A DNA stretch of 64,000 nt from Fidelibacterota bacterium (GTDB lineage: Bacteria; Fidelibacterota; Fidelibacteria; Fidelibacterales; DSDE01), in assembly GCA_046735395.1 (NCBI GenBank), contig JBJKQR010000018.1, positions 64,001 through 128,000 of the forward strand. Direction: 5' to 3'. The notes under the pieces are model-generated. The model was not told the DNA's origin. It searched no databases and worked only from the letters and a program-made list of their open reading frames with translations. Shown here one piece after another: positions 39,250-48,242 of the stretch. The position numbers and the translations under genes are program-made. Within the stretch, counting starts at the first letter, position 1. Every line of letters starts with the position of its first letter.

Positions 39250-39508
39250 TCACATTCCGAAGCCTCATTGTTACTGCCGGGAATAATCAATTGCCATAAT
39301 TTTCCTAAATGTCATATATTCGGGTCCCTGCACGAGAGGCAAATTTGAACGGTGATCCGAAAAATACCGGCTGTCCCGAAGCCCATTCCGCCAAGCCTGA
39401 ATCCGGTTCCGGAAGAGACAGAGAGTATGGAATGGAATTATTTTTTGTTATTCCCTCGTTTTGGATGTATTTTTTATCTGAAAAAAAGCTTTCAGGGAGG
39501 AGTTTGCT

Positions 39509-40732
39509 ATGAAACTCAGATTTCAGTTTTCCATGCTGTTGTCCGGGCTGTTTATCCTGTTCTTTGTGAACGCCTGCGACACCGTGAGCAATACCAAGGA
39601 TGAGCCGGCGAGGGGCGGGCTCATTTCATCACAGCAGATCATCAGTCTCAATGCCGCCTGGCTGACCGCAAATGTGCCGGCCGGCGACCTGCCCGATTTT
39701 GCGTCCCCCGAATATGGTGTGACCGCCATGCGGCTCAGCTATTATACGGAAGGCCGGGACGGAGAACTGATTCAGGCCTCGGGAGCTCTGTTCATTCCGG
39801 TGGATGATGCCACCTATTCGATTCCTGCTGCGTCCTTTCCGCTTCTCAGCATCCAGCATGGAACTCAGACGGACCGGGATTCTGTTGCGTCTGTTTTCAT
39901 CACCAATTCTCCGGAAGGATTTCTCGGTGTATTGTCGGCGATGGGCGGATATCTCACCTGTATTCCCGATTATATCGGCATGGGCCAGTCATCCGCCATG
40001 CATCCCTATATTATTGCGGATTATACAGCTGATGCGGTCGTTGATTTTATGCGGGCCGCCCGGGAATACTGCGATGAAAGGAAGGTTAAACTGAGCGGTG
40101 ATGTCTATCTGGCCGGCTATTCGGAAGGCGGATATGCCACGCTGGCAACGCAGAAAGCCATTGAAACTCTGTACAGCGACGAGTTTGATCTGAAATATTC
40201 TGTTCCCATGGCCGGGCCCTTTGACCTGTCCACGACAGTGGATACCATCCTCAGCAGATCGGATTATTCCAGTTCGGTGATCATGGGGTTTTTACTCACG
40301 AGCTATGATTATTATTATAAATGGAACCGGCTGAGTTCATTTTTCGCTTCGGACCTGGCGCCGCAGATGCCGGCCCTTTTCAACGGCGATCACGGGAGCA
40401 GCTACATCGGCAGCCAGCTGCCTGCCGATATGACCGATCTGCTCAAGCCGGACTTCGTCACGTCCTATCTGAGCGGAAATGAAACGGATGTGGAGACGAC
40501 CGTCGCGGAGAATTCGCTGTTAGGCTGGACGCCGAAAACGCCCATGCTGTTGATTCATGGAACGGCGGATGAGACGGTTCCCTATCTGAATTCGGAAAAC
40601 GCCTATAATGACTTCAAGGCCCGCGGCTGTGACGTGACCTTTGTGCCGGTGGACGGCGGAACTCACCTGTCCACGGCCACCGCAGCCGTTGACATCGCAT
40701 TTGCAAAATTTATGGAATTTCTGGGGAAATAA
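39509..40732 (+). CDS. Lipoprotein, secretory-lipase-like alpha/beta hydrolase
   Basis: Lipobox VNAC; QHGT, PDYIG, GYSEGG nucleophile and HGTADETVP. Confidence 0.85.
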   Translation: MKLRFQFSMLLSGLFILFFVNACDTVSNTKDEPARGGLISSQQIISLNAAWLTANVPAGDLPDFASPEYGVTAMRLSYYTEGRDGELIQASGALFIPVDDATYSIPAASFPLLSIQHGTQTDRDSVASVFITNSPEGFLGVLSAMGGYLTCIPDYIGMGQSSAMHPYIIADYTADAVVDFMRAAREYCDERKVKLSGDVYLAGYSEGGYATLATQKAIETLYSDEFDLKYSVPMAGPFDLSTTVDTILSRSDYSSSVIMGFLLTSYDYYYKWNRLSSFFASDLAPQMPALFNGDHGSSYIGSQLPADMTDLLKPDFVTSYLSGNETDVETTVAENSLLGWTPKTPMLLIHGTADETVPYLNSENAYNDFKARGCDVTFVPVDGGTHLSTATAAVDIAFAKFMEFLGK

Positions 40733-41944
40733 ATGAAACGACTGACTTTACTGATTGCCTTACTTCTGATGTCTGTGCAGGGATTTGCCTGCACCTCTGC
40801 CGTCATATCCGGACGCGCCACCGCTGACGGCCGCCCGCTGCTCTGGAAGCTCCGGGACAGCGGATCCGTCGAAAATGCGCTGGACTATTTCCAGGGAGAC
40901 GGCTACAGCTTCACCGGTATCATCAACTGCGAGGATACGAACCGTGAAAATGTATGGATGGGCGCCAATGAAACCGGTTTTGCCATCATGAATACCCATT
41001 CCTACAATGTGAATTTCGGCCACGACTGCGGCTGCAGAATGGACCGGGAAGGGGAATTCATGAAACTGGCCCTGTCCCGATGCAGAAACCTGGCGGATTT
41101 CGAAAAACTGCTGAGTGATTCCGTGACCTTCTGGGGGCTGTCGGCAAATTTCGGCGTGATCGATGCGGAGGGCGGTGCGGCCTATTACGAGACCGGCTGC
41201 AGCAGTTTTCGCAAATACGACGTGAATGATCCGCAGACCGCGCCGGAGGGCTATCTGCTGAGAACCAATTATTCCTTTTCCGGCGAAAAGGATCGCGGCC
41301 ACGGATATATCCGCTATGCGGCCACCGAAGCGCTGTTTAATTCTCCCGAGGGGACTCCTCTGAATGCGGAATTTCTGATTCGCAAGGCGAGCCGCAATCT
41401 CGTAAACGGATATACGGGCATCAATCTTCGCAAGGTGCGGATTCCGCGCCGGGCAGATGAAAAATTCATGCCTTTTCAGGATTATGTCGTCAATACCTGG
41501 ACCGTGTCCGTGATGGCGGTACAGGGTGTGAAAAAGGATGAAAATCCGGAAAATACGCTGATGTGGGTTATTCCCGGCTGGCCGCTCACCACGCCTGCAC
41601 TTCCCGTGTGGGTCGGTGACCGGGACCATTATCCGTCAATTCTGAAGCGGGGTGAGGACGGACACTGTCCGCTGAATGCCGCTGGACTTGCTGCCAAGGC
41701 GGAATGCATTCCCGATACGCGGGGTGACAAGGAAAATTATCTGAATATCGTTCCGCTCCTTAAACGGTCAGGCCCGGCTTATCTCCGGAATGTGGAAAGC
41801 CTGGAAAACAGCATCTTTGAAGCCGCGTCCGAAAGAGAGGGACAGATTCATCGGGACGGATCTGTGACCGCCGGTTCTGCGGACTTCCAATCACGTATTG
41901 AAGCATTAATAAAAACACAGAATAAAGGGAAATTTAATCAATGA
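40733..41944 (+). CDS. Ntn-hydrolase (peptidase C45-like), secreted
   Basis: Signal peptide followed by CTSAVISG..TADGRPLLWK.RD; G.NETGFAIMN; RTN. Confidence 0.8.
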   Translation: MKRLTLLIALLLMSVQGFACTSAVISGRATADGRPLLWKLRDSGSVENALDYFQGDGYSFTGIINCEDTNRENVWMGANETGFAIMNTHSYNVNFGHDCGCRMDREGEFMKLALSRCRNLADFEKLLSDSVTFWGLSANFGVIDAEGGAAYYETGCSSFRKYDVNDPQTAPEGYLLRTNYSFSGEKDRGHGYIRYAATEALFNSPEGTPLNAEFLIRKASRNLVNGYTGINLRKVRIPRRADEKFMPFQDYVVNTWTVSVMAVQGVKKDENPENTLMWVIPGWPLTTPALPVWVGDRDHYPSILKRGEDGHCPLNAAGLAAKAECIPDTRGDKENYLNIVPLLKRSGPAYLRNVESLENSIFEAASEREGQIHRDGSVTAGSADFQSRIEALIKTQNKGKFNQ

Positions 41945-42354
41945 TTATTGCAGTTGATTTTGACGGAACGATTGTCGAACACAAGTACCCCCGCATTGGA
42001 GAGGAACGGCTCTTTGCCTTCGAGGCACTGAAGGAACTCAAGAAGCAGGGACATAAGCTGATACTCTGGACCTACCGGTCAGGCAATGAACTGGACGAAG
42101 CGGTGGAATACTGCCGGAATAACGGTGTGGAATTCTTCGCGATCAATTCAAGTATGCCGGGCGAAAAATTTAATACGGACACGATGAGCAGAAAAATTCT
42201 GGCTGATGTCTATATCGATGACCGGAATGTGGGCGGCTTCCCCGGCTGGGGTGAAATCATGCAGATGCTCAGCCCTGATTTCGAAAAGAAGCAGCTCGAA
42301 ATCATGAGAAAAGCCCGGAAACAGAGCAAAAAGAAACGTTTTTTCTTTTTTTGA
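41941..42354 (+). CDS. Small HAD-like hydrolase (BT0820-like)
   Basis: IAVDFDGTIV, LWTYR and KILADVYIDDRN motifs. Confidence 0.85.
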   Translation: MIIAVDFDGTIVEHKYPRIGEERLFAFEALKELKKQGHKLILWTYRSGNELDEAVEYCRNNGVEFFAINSSMPGEKFNTDTMSRKILADVYIDDRNVGGFPGWGEIMQMLSPDFEKKQLEIMRKARKQSKKKRFFFF

Positions 42355-42389
42355 AAAAATGCATAGTGAAATTACGGTAAGGGGAAATC

Positions 42390-42791
42390 ATGTCGGACAG
42401 AAGAAGTATCAAGCTTGAGCAAATGATAAATAAGCCTGTGGACGCGGTGTGGCGGGCGCTGACGGAAGGGGAGCTGCTGGCGAAATGGTGGGCCCCCGGG
42501 GATGTTCGGGCCGAGGAAGGTGCTGAATTTGACCTGGATATGGGCGCACCCTTCGGGAAACAGCATTGTGTGGTCGAAAAAGTTGTACCGCAGTCTTATT
42601 TTCGTTACAGTTTCTCGCCCGGGATGCTGGATACGGTGATTACCTGGGAACTTGCGGCCGAGGGCGCTTCCACGCGACTGTCTCTGGAGCATGCCGGATT
42701 CGATGCGGATACGGAGCTTGGGCGCAACGCCTTCCAGGGAATGGGCCGGGGCTGGCCCTTTCTCCTGAAAAAGATCGAAGAAATCCTCTAA
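42390..42791 (+). CDS. SRPBCC/AHSA1-domain protein
   Basis: VWRALT...LAKWW, T.L.LEH.GF and GW motifs. Confidence 0.88.
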   Translation: MSDRRSIKLEQMINKPVDAVWRALTEGELLAKWWAPGDVRAEEGAEFDLDMGAPFGKQHCVVEKVVPQSYFRYSFSPGMLDTVITWELAAEGASTRLSLEHAGFDADTELGRNAFQGMGRGWPFLLKKIEEIL

Positions 42792-42844
42792 GCTGAATAG
42801 CTGACCCGCCCCGTCAATAAGCCGGTGCCGGGATCAGAAAAGTA

Positions 42845-42898
42845 TTGAAAAGTCAGGAAAAACTCCGCAAATTACTTAACCGGTAAAGTAACCGGTTA
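42845..42898 (+). promoter_or_regulatory. Candidate promoter with tandem TAACCGGT palindromic operators
   Basis: TTGAAA-N17-CAAATT followed by CTTAACCGGTAAAG and TAACCGGTTA. Confidence 0.55.
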
Positions 42899-42975
42899 AG
42901 CCAGTCCTGATTCCCGGATCGGATTTGAAAAAAACAGGGCTGTTCTGAGAAGTTATCAGGAAAATTGAAAGGAAA

Positions 42976-44061
42976 ATGATCATGGGTGCAAAGATACAGA
43001 GCGGGAAACGCTGGTCACTGGTTGTGGCGACCAGTATGGGCGTGCGGATCACGCCGACAGACCGTCAGCCGGTGCAGAGTGCGGAAAATTTTATGATGCA
43101 GGCGACGTCTGCGGAAACCAATGTTGCCAGTGTGGTTTCGTATCTCGGGCAGCCGGTGAAAGTCCTCACGAATTTTGTGAAGGGGAGTCCCATCGCGGCT
43201 ATGATAAAGAGCAATCTGAGGCGCCGCATGATGGATTATGAAGGCCCGGAGATTGAACAGGGTGATCCCTGGGGCTACCGGCACCAGTTTAATATCGCCG
43301 ACAGCGGTTTCGGCCTCCGCGGTCCCCGCGTGCATAATGACAGAGCCGGTGAAGTGGGACGGATTCTGAATGTGAAGGATTTTGACCTGGATCGTCTTTT
43401 CAGCCGGGAAGGCGTGGGAATACTCCATCTGTCCGGATTGATCGCCGCGCTCAGCCCGGACACGGGACGCTTCTGCCTCGAGCTGGCCCGGGCTGCGAAA
43501 AAAACCGGCACGCTCATCTCCTTCGATCTGAATCATCGGGCCTCCTTCTGGAAAGGCCGGGAAACCGAACTTCGTCATCTCTTTTCCGAAATTGCCGGTG
43601 TGTCTGATATTCTGGTTGGGAATGAGGAAGATTTTCAGCTGTGTCTCGGAATTGAAGGCCCGGAAGCCGGGGGAAAGGACCTCAGCTCAAAGATTGACAG
43701 TTTTCGCGATATGATCGGACGGGTCAGAGCGGCCTATCCGGGCGCATCGCTGTTTGCCACCACCCTTCGGGAAGTGGTGAGCGCAAATACCCACAATTGG
43801 GGCGCTCTGCTCTGGAGCGGCGGCAAATGGGAAGTGGCTGAGCCCCGGGAAATACCGGTTCTGGACCGGATCGGCGGCGGTGACGGCTTTGTGGGCGGCC
43901 TGCTCTATGGTATACTGAAGGGCTGGGACGCACAGAAGTGTCTGCAGTTCGGGTGGGCGTCCGGGGCGCTGGCAGCCACCATGCTGACCGATTATGCCCA
44001 GCCTGCCGACGAGGAACAGATCTGGAGTATCTGGGCCGGGAATGCCCGGGTCAAACGCTGA
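42976..44061 (+). CDS. PfkB sugar kinase, 2-keto-3-deoxygluconate kinase-like
   Basis: SAETNVA, HLSG, SFDLNHR..FW, GNEEDFQ and DRIGGGDGF motifs. Confidence 0.8.
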   Translation: MIMGAKIQSGKRWSLVVATSMGVRITPTDRQPVQSAENFMMQATSAETNVASVVSYLGQPVKVLTNFVKGSPIAAMIKSNLRRRMMDYEGPEIEQGDPWGYRHQFNIADSGFGLRGPRVHNDRAGEVGRILNVKDFDLDRLFSREGVGILHLSGLIAALSPDTGRFCLELARAAKKTGTLISFDLNHRASFWKGRETELRHLFSEIAGVSDILVGNEEDFQLCLGIEGPEAGGKDLSSKIDSFRDMIGRVRAAYPGASLFATTLREVVSANTHNWGALLWSGGKWEVAEPREIPVLDRIGGGDGFVGGLLYGILKGWDAQKCLQFGWASGALAATMLTDYAQPADEEQIWSIWAGNARVKR

Positions 44062-44155
44062 GCACGAGGGAACGGGTTTTCTGCGCGGATATACAGGCAC
44101 TCACAGAGTCCGCTTATCCGTTTGTTTTCAAATCTGCTATTCTTAAATTACGCCC

Positions 44156-45145
44156 ATGGCGAATAAACTGAAGCTTGGAATTTTTGGCATCGGCCAGTTC
44201 GGCCTGCCGCATCTGAAGAACTGGCTTCAGGTAAAGGATGTGGAGCTGGTCGGATTCTGTGATATTGATAAGCTGAAGCAGAATCTGATACAACGGGAAT
44301 TCGGAATTCCCTACATGCCCCAGTCGGATCTGATCGACGCGGCCGATGTGATTGATGTGGTTACGCCTACCTATGCACACTACGAAATCGCCCGCGAAGC
44401 CGTGGAAAAAGGCCGTCATGCCTTTGTGGAAAAACCCTTTACCCAGACGCTGGAGGAGGGGATTGCCCTCAGATCCCTGGCAGAGGAAAAAGGCGTGAAG
44501 GTGACGGTGGGCTTTATCGAGCGCTTCAATCCGGTATTCATGGAATTGTCGAAACAGACGGATCTGAAGCCGGAATTCATTGAAGTGCACCGCATGGGAC
44601 AGTTCAACCCCTACCGGGGAATTGATATTCCGGTTGTTCATGAACTGATGATCCATGATCTGGACATGGTGCAGCATCTGGTGAACTCGGATGTTCGTAC
44701 CATTCATGCATCGGGAACGAAGGTTCTCAGTGAGGAAATCGATATTGTCAATGCGCGGCTCGAGTTCGAGAATGGCTGTGTGGCCAACATGACCTGCAGC
44801 CGCATTGCGCCCGGGAAAATGCGCAAAACCCGTATCTTTCAGCGGAATCGCTATATCTCGCTGGATATGCTGAATCAGAAGGCCGAAATATACGAAATCC
44901 GGGAAAATGTCGATCCGGAGAGCCTGGACACGGAGCGTATCATGGCCAAGATTCCCTCGCAATACAATAAGGGAATCGCTTACCGGCAGATACAGAGCAG
45001 CAGCCATAATGCTCTCAAACTGGAGTTTGAATCCTTCATAAAGAGCATTGTCACAAACAGTGAACCCCCCGTAACCAGTACGGATGCCGTCAGGGCGCTG
45101 GATCTGGCTTTTCGGATAAAGGACAGGATTATTCATGGGAATTAA
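44156..45145 (+). CDS. Gfo/Idh/MocA oxidoreductase, GnnA-like
   Basis: GIGQFG, VTPT..H, VEKP, ERFNP, LMIHDLD and NARLEFENG; co-operonic with lpxB. Confidence 0.8.
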   Translation: MANKLKLGIFGIGQFGLPHLKNWLQVKDVELVGFCDIDKLKQNLIQREFGIPYMPQSDLIDAADVIDVVTPTYAHYEIAREAVEKGRHAFVEKPFTQTLEEGIALRSLAEEKGVKVTVGFIERFNPVFMELSKQTDLKPEFIEVHRMGQFNPYRGIDIPVVHELMIHDLDMVQHLVNSDVRTIHASGTKVLSEEIDIVNARLEFENGCVANMTCSRIAPGKMRKTRIFQRNRYISLDMLNQKAEIYEIRENVDPESLDTERIMAKIPSQYNKGIAYRQIQSSSHNALKLEFESFIKSIVTNSEPPVTSTDAVRALDLAFRIKDRIIHGN

Positions 45146-45713
45146 GGAGTTTATTTTCAAATACCGCGGGCAGCTGCCCATTCCTCTGGCTCTGATGCTG
45201 ATTTACAGCGCTGAGCCGCAGCCGACCGGTGCCGGAATCGGCCTGCTGATCATCCTTCTCGGCGAATGGGTTCGGCTTTCGGCATTACGAAGTATCGGGG
45301 CACCTTCACGGACCCGCACCGCAGGCGCTCCCAACCTGATTACATGGGGCATGTATGCCCATGTGCGCAATCCGCTCTACGTGGGAAATTTTCTCATTTA
45401 TATCGGCCTTGTCGTTCTGGGCGGCGGGCCCTGGCTTCCCCTTCTGCTTGCCCTTACTGTTGCTTACTTTATTTTTCAGTATGCCCTGATCATCCGGCTC
45501 GAGGAATCGGTTCTGGCCGAAAAATTCGGCGAACCCTATTCTGCGTACTGCCAGGAAGTTCCACGCGTGATCCCACGGCTCGGTTCCGGTTCTTATAGAA
45601 AAGCGGATATAGTACGGCGACCCTGGCTGAAAACAATTAAAATCGAAAAAAGCTCCCTGTTCTCTCTCTCGGTCATTATCCTGGCCCTTGTACTGAAAGT
45701 ATTATTATTTTAA
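45135..45713 (+). CDS. ICMT/PEMT-family membrane methyltransferase, LmtA-like
   Basis: GEWVR, L.T.G.YA.VRNPLYVGN and EE..L..KFG..Y..Y..VPR motifs. Confidence 0.82.
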   Translation: MGIKEFIFKYRGQLPIPLALMLIYSAEPQPTGAGIGLLIILLGEWVRLSALRSIGAPSRTRTAGAPNLITWGMYAHVRNPLYVGNFLIYIGLVVLGGGPWLPLLLALTVAYFIFQYALIIRLEESVLAEKFGEPYSAYCQEVPRVIPRLGSGSYRKADIVRRPWLKTIKIEKSSLFSLSVIILALVLKVLLF

Positions 45714-45714
45714 T

Positions 45715-46863
45715 ATGACGCCTCAACGGACTTTAAAAAATGTATGTGTGATTGCCGGTGATCCGTCGGGTGATGTGAATGGCGCCCATATTCTTATTGA
45801 CCTGAAGAAACGTTTCCCGGAGGTGAAACTATTCGGGATCGGCGGGAATTATATGGCCCGGGAAGGGATGGAACTCCTGTTTCATAACCGGAATACGGCC
45901 TTTATGGGTTTTTCCGAAGTGATCCGTCATCTTGGTTTCATTCGCAATATGTTTCAGGTGTTGCTCGAAGAGATAAAGACGCGGCGGCCGGATGCCATTA
46001 TCCTGATTGATTATCCGGGCTTCAATCTGAAGCTTGCCGAAAAATTACACGGATCCGGTATTCCCATTTTCTACTACATCGCGCCTCAGGCCTGGGCCTG
46101 GAAGGAAAACCGGGTAAAACTTCTGAAAAAATATGTGGATCACCTTTTTGTAATTTTTCCATTTGAGGAGGCCTTTTTCCGCCAGTTCCGGATTCCCACC
46201 ACCTATGTGGGACATCCCTTCGGGCATACGATCCTAAATCGTGAATTTCCGGCTGATGCCCTGCTGCGGGACGGATACAATCTGGATCTGCCGATCATTT
46301 CCTTTCTGCCCGGCAGCCGGGAACAGGAAATTGCCCGTCATATGCCGGTCATCGTTGAAACGCTGGATCTCATCAGGGAAAAATATCCGCATTGGCAGAT
46401 CGCCATTTCCAAGGCTCCGCTTATCCCGGACGAATTCTGGGAAAAACAGGTGCGGCATCATGCGGACGCAAGTTATTCCGGAAATCTGGATATTCTTCTG
46501 GCTCATTCCACGGCGGTGGCTGTGGCCAGCGGCACTGCCAGCCTGCAGACCGCCTTTCATCTGAAACCCATGGTTATTTTTTATCGTGTCAGCGGTATTT
46601 CCTACCTGCTGGCCAAATCTCTGACCCGGCTGAAGTTTATCGGTATCATTAATATTCTCAACGGGTCGGAGCTCTTTCCGGAGCTGGTACAGGGACGATT
46701 CACGGCCGCGAATCTTCTGCAGGCGCTGGAAGATCAGCTCTTTACCTATTCGCATCAGCCCATTAAAATGACAAAAATGAAAAATCTGGTGAATAAACTC
46801 TATAAATCCGACAGCAATCAGATCATTACTGATACAATGCTTGAGGTCCTTAACAAATCCTGA
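45715..46863 (+). CDS. lpxB: Lipid-A-disaccharide synthase
   Basis: AGDPSGD, IDYPGFN, PQAWAW, YVGHP, LPGSR and ASGTA motifs. Confidence 0.95.
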   Translation: MTPQRTLKNVCVIAGDPSGDVNGAHILIDLKKRFPEVKLFGIGGNYMAREGMELLFHNRNTAFMGFSEVIRHLGFIRNMFQVLLEEIKTRRPDAIILIDYPGFNLKLAEKLHGSGIPIFYYIAPQAWAWKENRVKLLKKYVDHLFVIFPFEEAFFRQFRIPTTYVGHPFGHTILNREFPADALLRDGYNLDLPIISFLPGSREQEIARHMPVIVETLDLIREKYPHWQIAISKAPLIPDEFWEKQVRHHADASYSGNLDILLAHSTAVAVASGTASLQTAFHLKPMVIFYRVSGISYLLAKSLTRLKFIGIINILNGSELFPELVQGRFTAANLLQALEDQLFTYSHQPIKMTKMKNLVNKLYKSDSNQIITDTMLEVLNKS

Positions 46864-46869
46864 TTGGTT

Positions 46870-47832
46870 ATGGCATTACGAATAGCGGGAAATCTGCCTG
46901 AACCTGTTGTCCGGTTGCGGCACTGGTTCTATGACAGGCAGCTGTTCCGGATCTGTCATCCCGCGATTCCGGTTCTGTCGGTGGGCAGTGTGACCATCGG
47001 CGGTGCGGGGAAGACGCCGCTGACACTGAAACTGGCCGGCCTTCTGCAGCAAAAGGGGCTGAAACCTGCGATCCTGAGCCGGGGTTACGGCCGGAAAACC
47101 CGCGGACTGGCTGTCATTCCCACCGGTGCTCCTGCGGAGGGCGCTGCCCGGGAGTTCGGCGATGAACCGATGATGATCCGGCAGCACTTTCCCGATTTGC
47201 CCATTGTGGTATCGGAAGATCGCTGCAGCGGCGCGGAATATATTGAGAAACAGGGGCTGGCTGACTGCATTGTACTGGATGACGGTTTTCAGCACCGTCA
47301 TCTGGCCCATGACTGCGATGTACTGATATTCAAAAAAAATTTCCAGGGTGTCCGGGAACGCTATTTCCCTGTCGGGCATCTCCGTGACAGCCTTACCCGA
47401 TTGGCCGCAGCAGACAGTATTCTGTATGAGAAGGGGACCGCGGAGGATGTGACGGCCTATCTGCAGGGGAAGTCCGGCTGCTTTGCCTATCAATTTCATT
47501 TTCAGGGCCCGGAACCTTCCGATCTGACATCTCCGGTGACGGCATTCTCTGGTGTTGCTGACCCTTCCGGCTTTCGTCAGACTCTGACTGAGCTCGCACT
47601 TCGCCCGGATCATTTTTTTGCATTTCCGGACCATGCGGAATACCGTTCTTTCAGACTGAAAAAACTTGATGAAAGCGCATCCGGAACCCTGCTCTGCACG
47701 GAAAAGGATTATGTGAAATTACCCCGTGAATTCCTCCGGGACCGGGATGTCCGCTGTATCCGGATGTCGGTGGAAATTGAAAATGAGACGGAATTCATGG
47801 ACAGCCTGCTGGACAGGATACAGATCCGCTGA
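46870..47832 (+). CDS. lpxK: Tetraacyldisaccharide 4'-kinase
   Basis: GGAGKTP, LSRGYG, GDEP, DDGFQH, FPDH and TEKD motifs. Start uncertain. Confidence 0.93.
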   Translation: MALRIAGNLPEPVVRLRHWFYDRQLFRICHPAIPVLSVGSVTIGGAGKTPLTLKLAGLLQQKGLKPAILSRGYGRKTRGLAVIPTGAPAEGAAREFGDEPMMIRQHFPDLPIVVSEDRCSGAEYIEKQGLADCIVLDDGFQHRHLAHDCDVLIFKKNFQGVRERYFPVGHLRDSLTRLAAADSILYEKGTAEDVTAYLQGKSGCFAYQFHFQGPEPSDLTSPVTAFSGVADPSGFRQTLTELALRPDHFFAFPDHAEYRSFRLKKLDESASGTLLCTEKDYVKLPREFLRDRDVRCIRMSVEIENETEFMDSLLDRIQIR

Positions 47833-47926
47833 AACCTGCCTGCAATGCCCGATGCCTTTCTTCTTTCATTTCCCCTGATTATTCAGCAAATTCATTGCGG
47901 ATGAAAAAGCAACAAAAGGAGAATAC

Positions 47927-48235
47927 ATGGACACGCTCTTGAATAATCCTCTGTACATGGGCATCGCGGCCGTGCTGGCTGTTGTGCTGGTTTTCACATT
48001 GATCAAGAAACTCCTGAAATGGGCCGTGATTATAGTCGTTATTTTAGCTGTTTATCTCTTCTGGGTGATGCAGACCTCCGATAATCCCGAACAGACGGTG
48101 AAAAAGCATATAGAGACGGGAAAGAAACAGATCGAGAAGGTCGTGGATGAAAGCAAGAAAGTGGAAAAGAAGGTTGAAAAGGCCATTCCGGATGATCTGA
48201 AGAAAAAAGCCGGTGATATGCTGAAGAAAGACTGA
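47927..48235 (+). CDS. Small membrane protein, unknown function
   Basis: AAGGAG RBS; two TM helices and a Lys-rich tail. Confidence 0.7.
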   Translation: MDTLLNNPLYMGIAAVLAVVLVFTLIKKLLKWAVIIVVILAVYLFWVMQTSDNPEQTVKKHIETGKKQIEKVVDESKKVEKKVEKAIPDDLKKKAGDMLKKD

Positions 48236-48242
48236 CGATAGT

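Noticed and set aside
39321..39420. SRP RNA (ffs) gene call
   Set aside because: The conserved helix-8 motif is missing. Kept only as a low-interest finding.
35613..39508. CRISPR array or further cas genes near the cas6-like gene
   Set aside because: The intergenic gaps (36270-36340, 38376-38685, 39250-39508) show no regularly spaced 25-40 bp repeats, and the neighbours are lspA, rho and a DUF805 gene.
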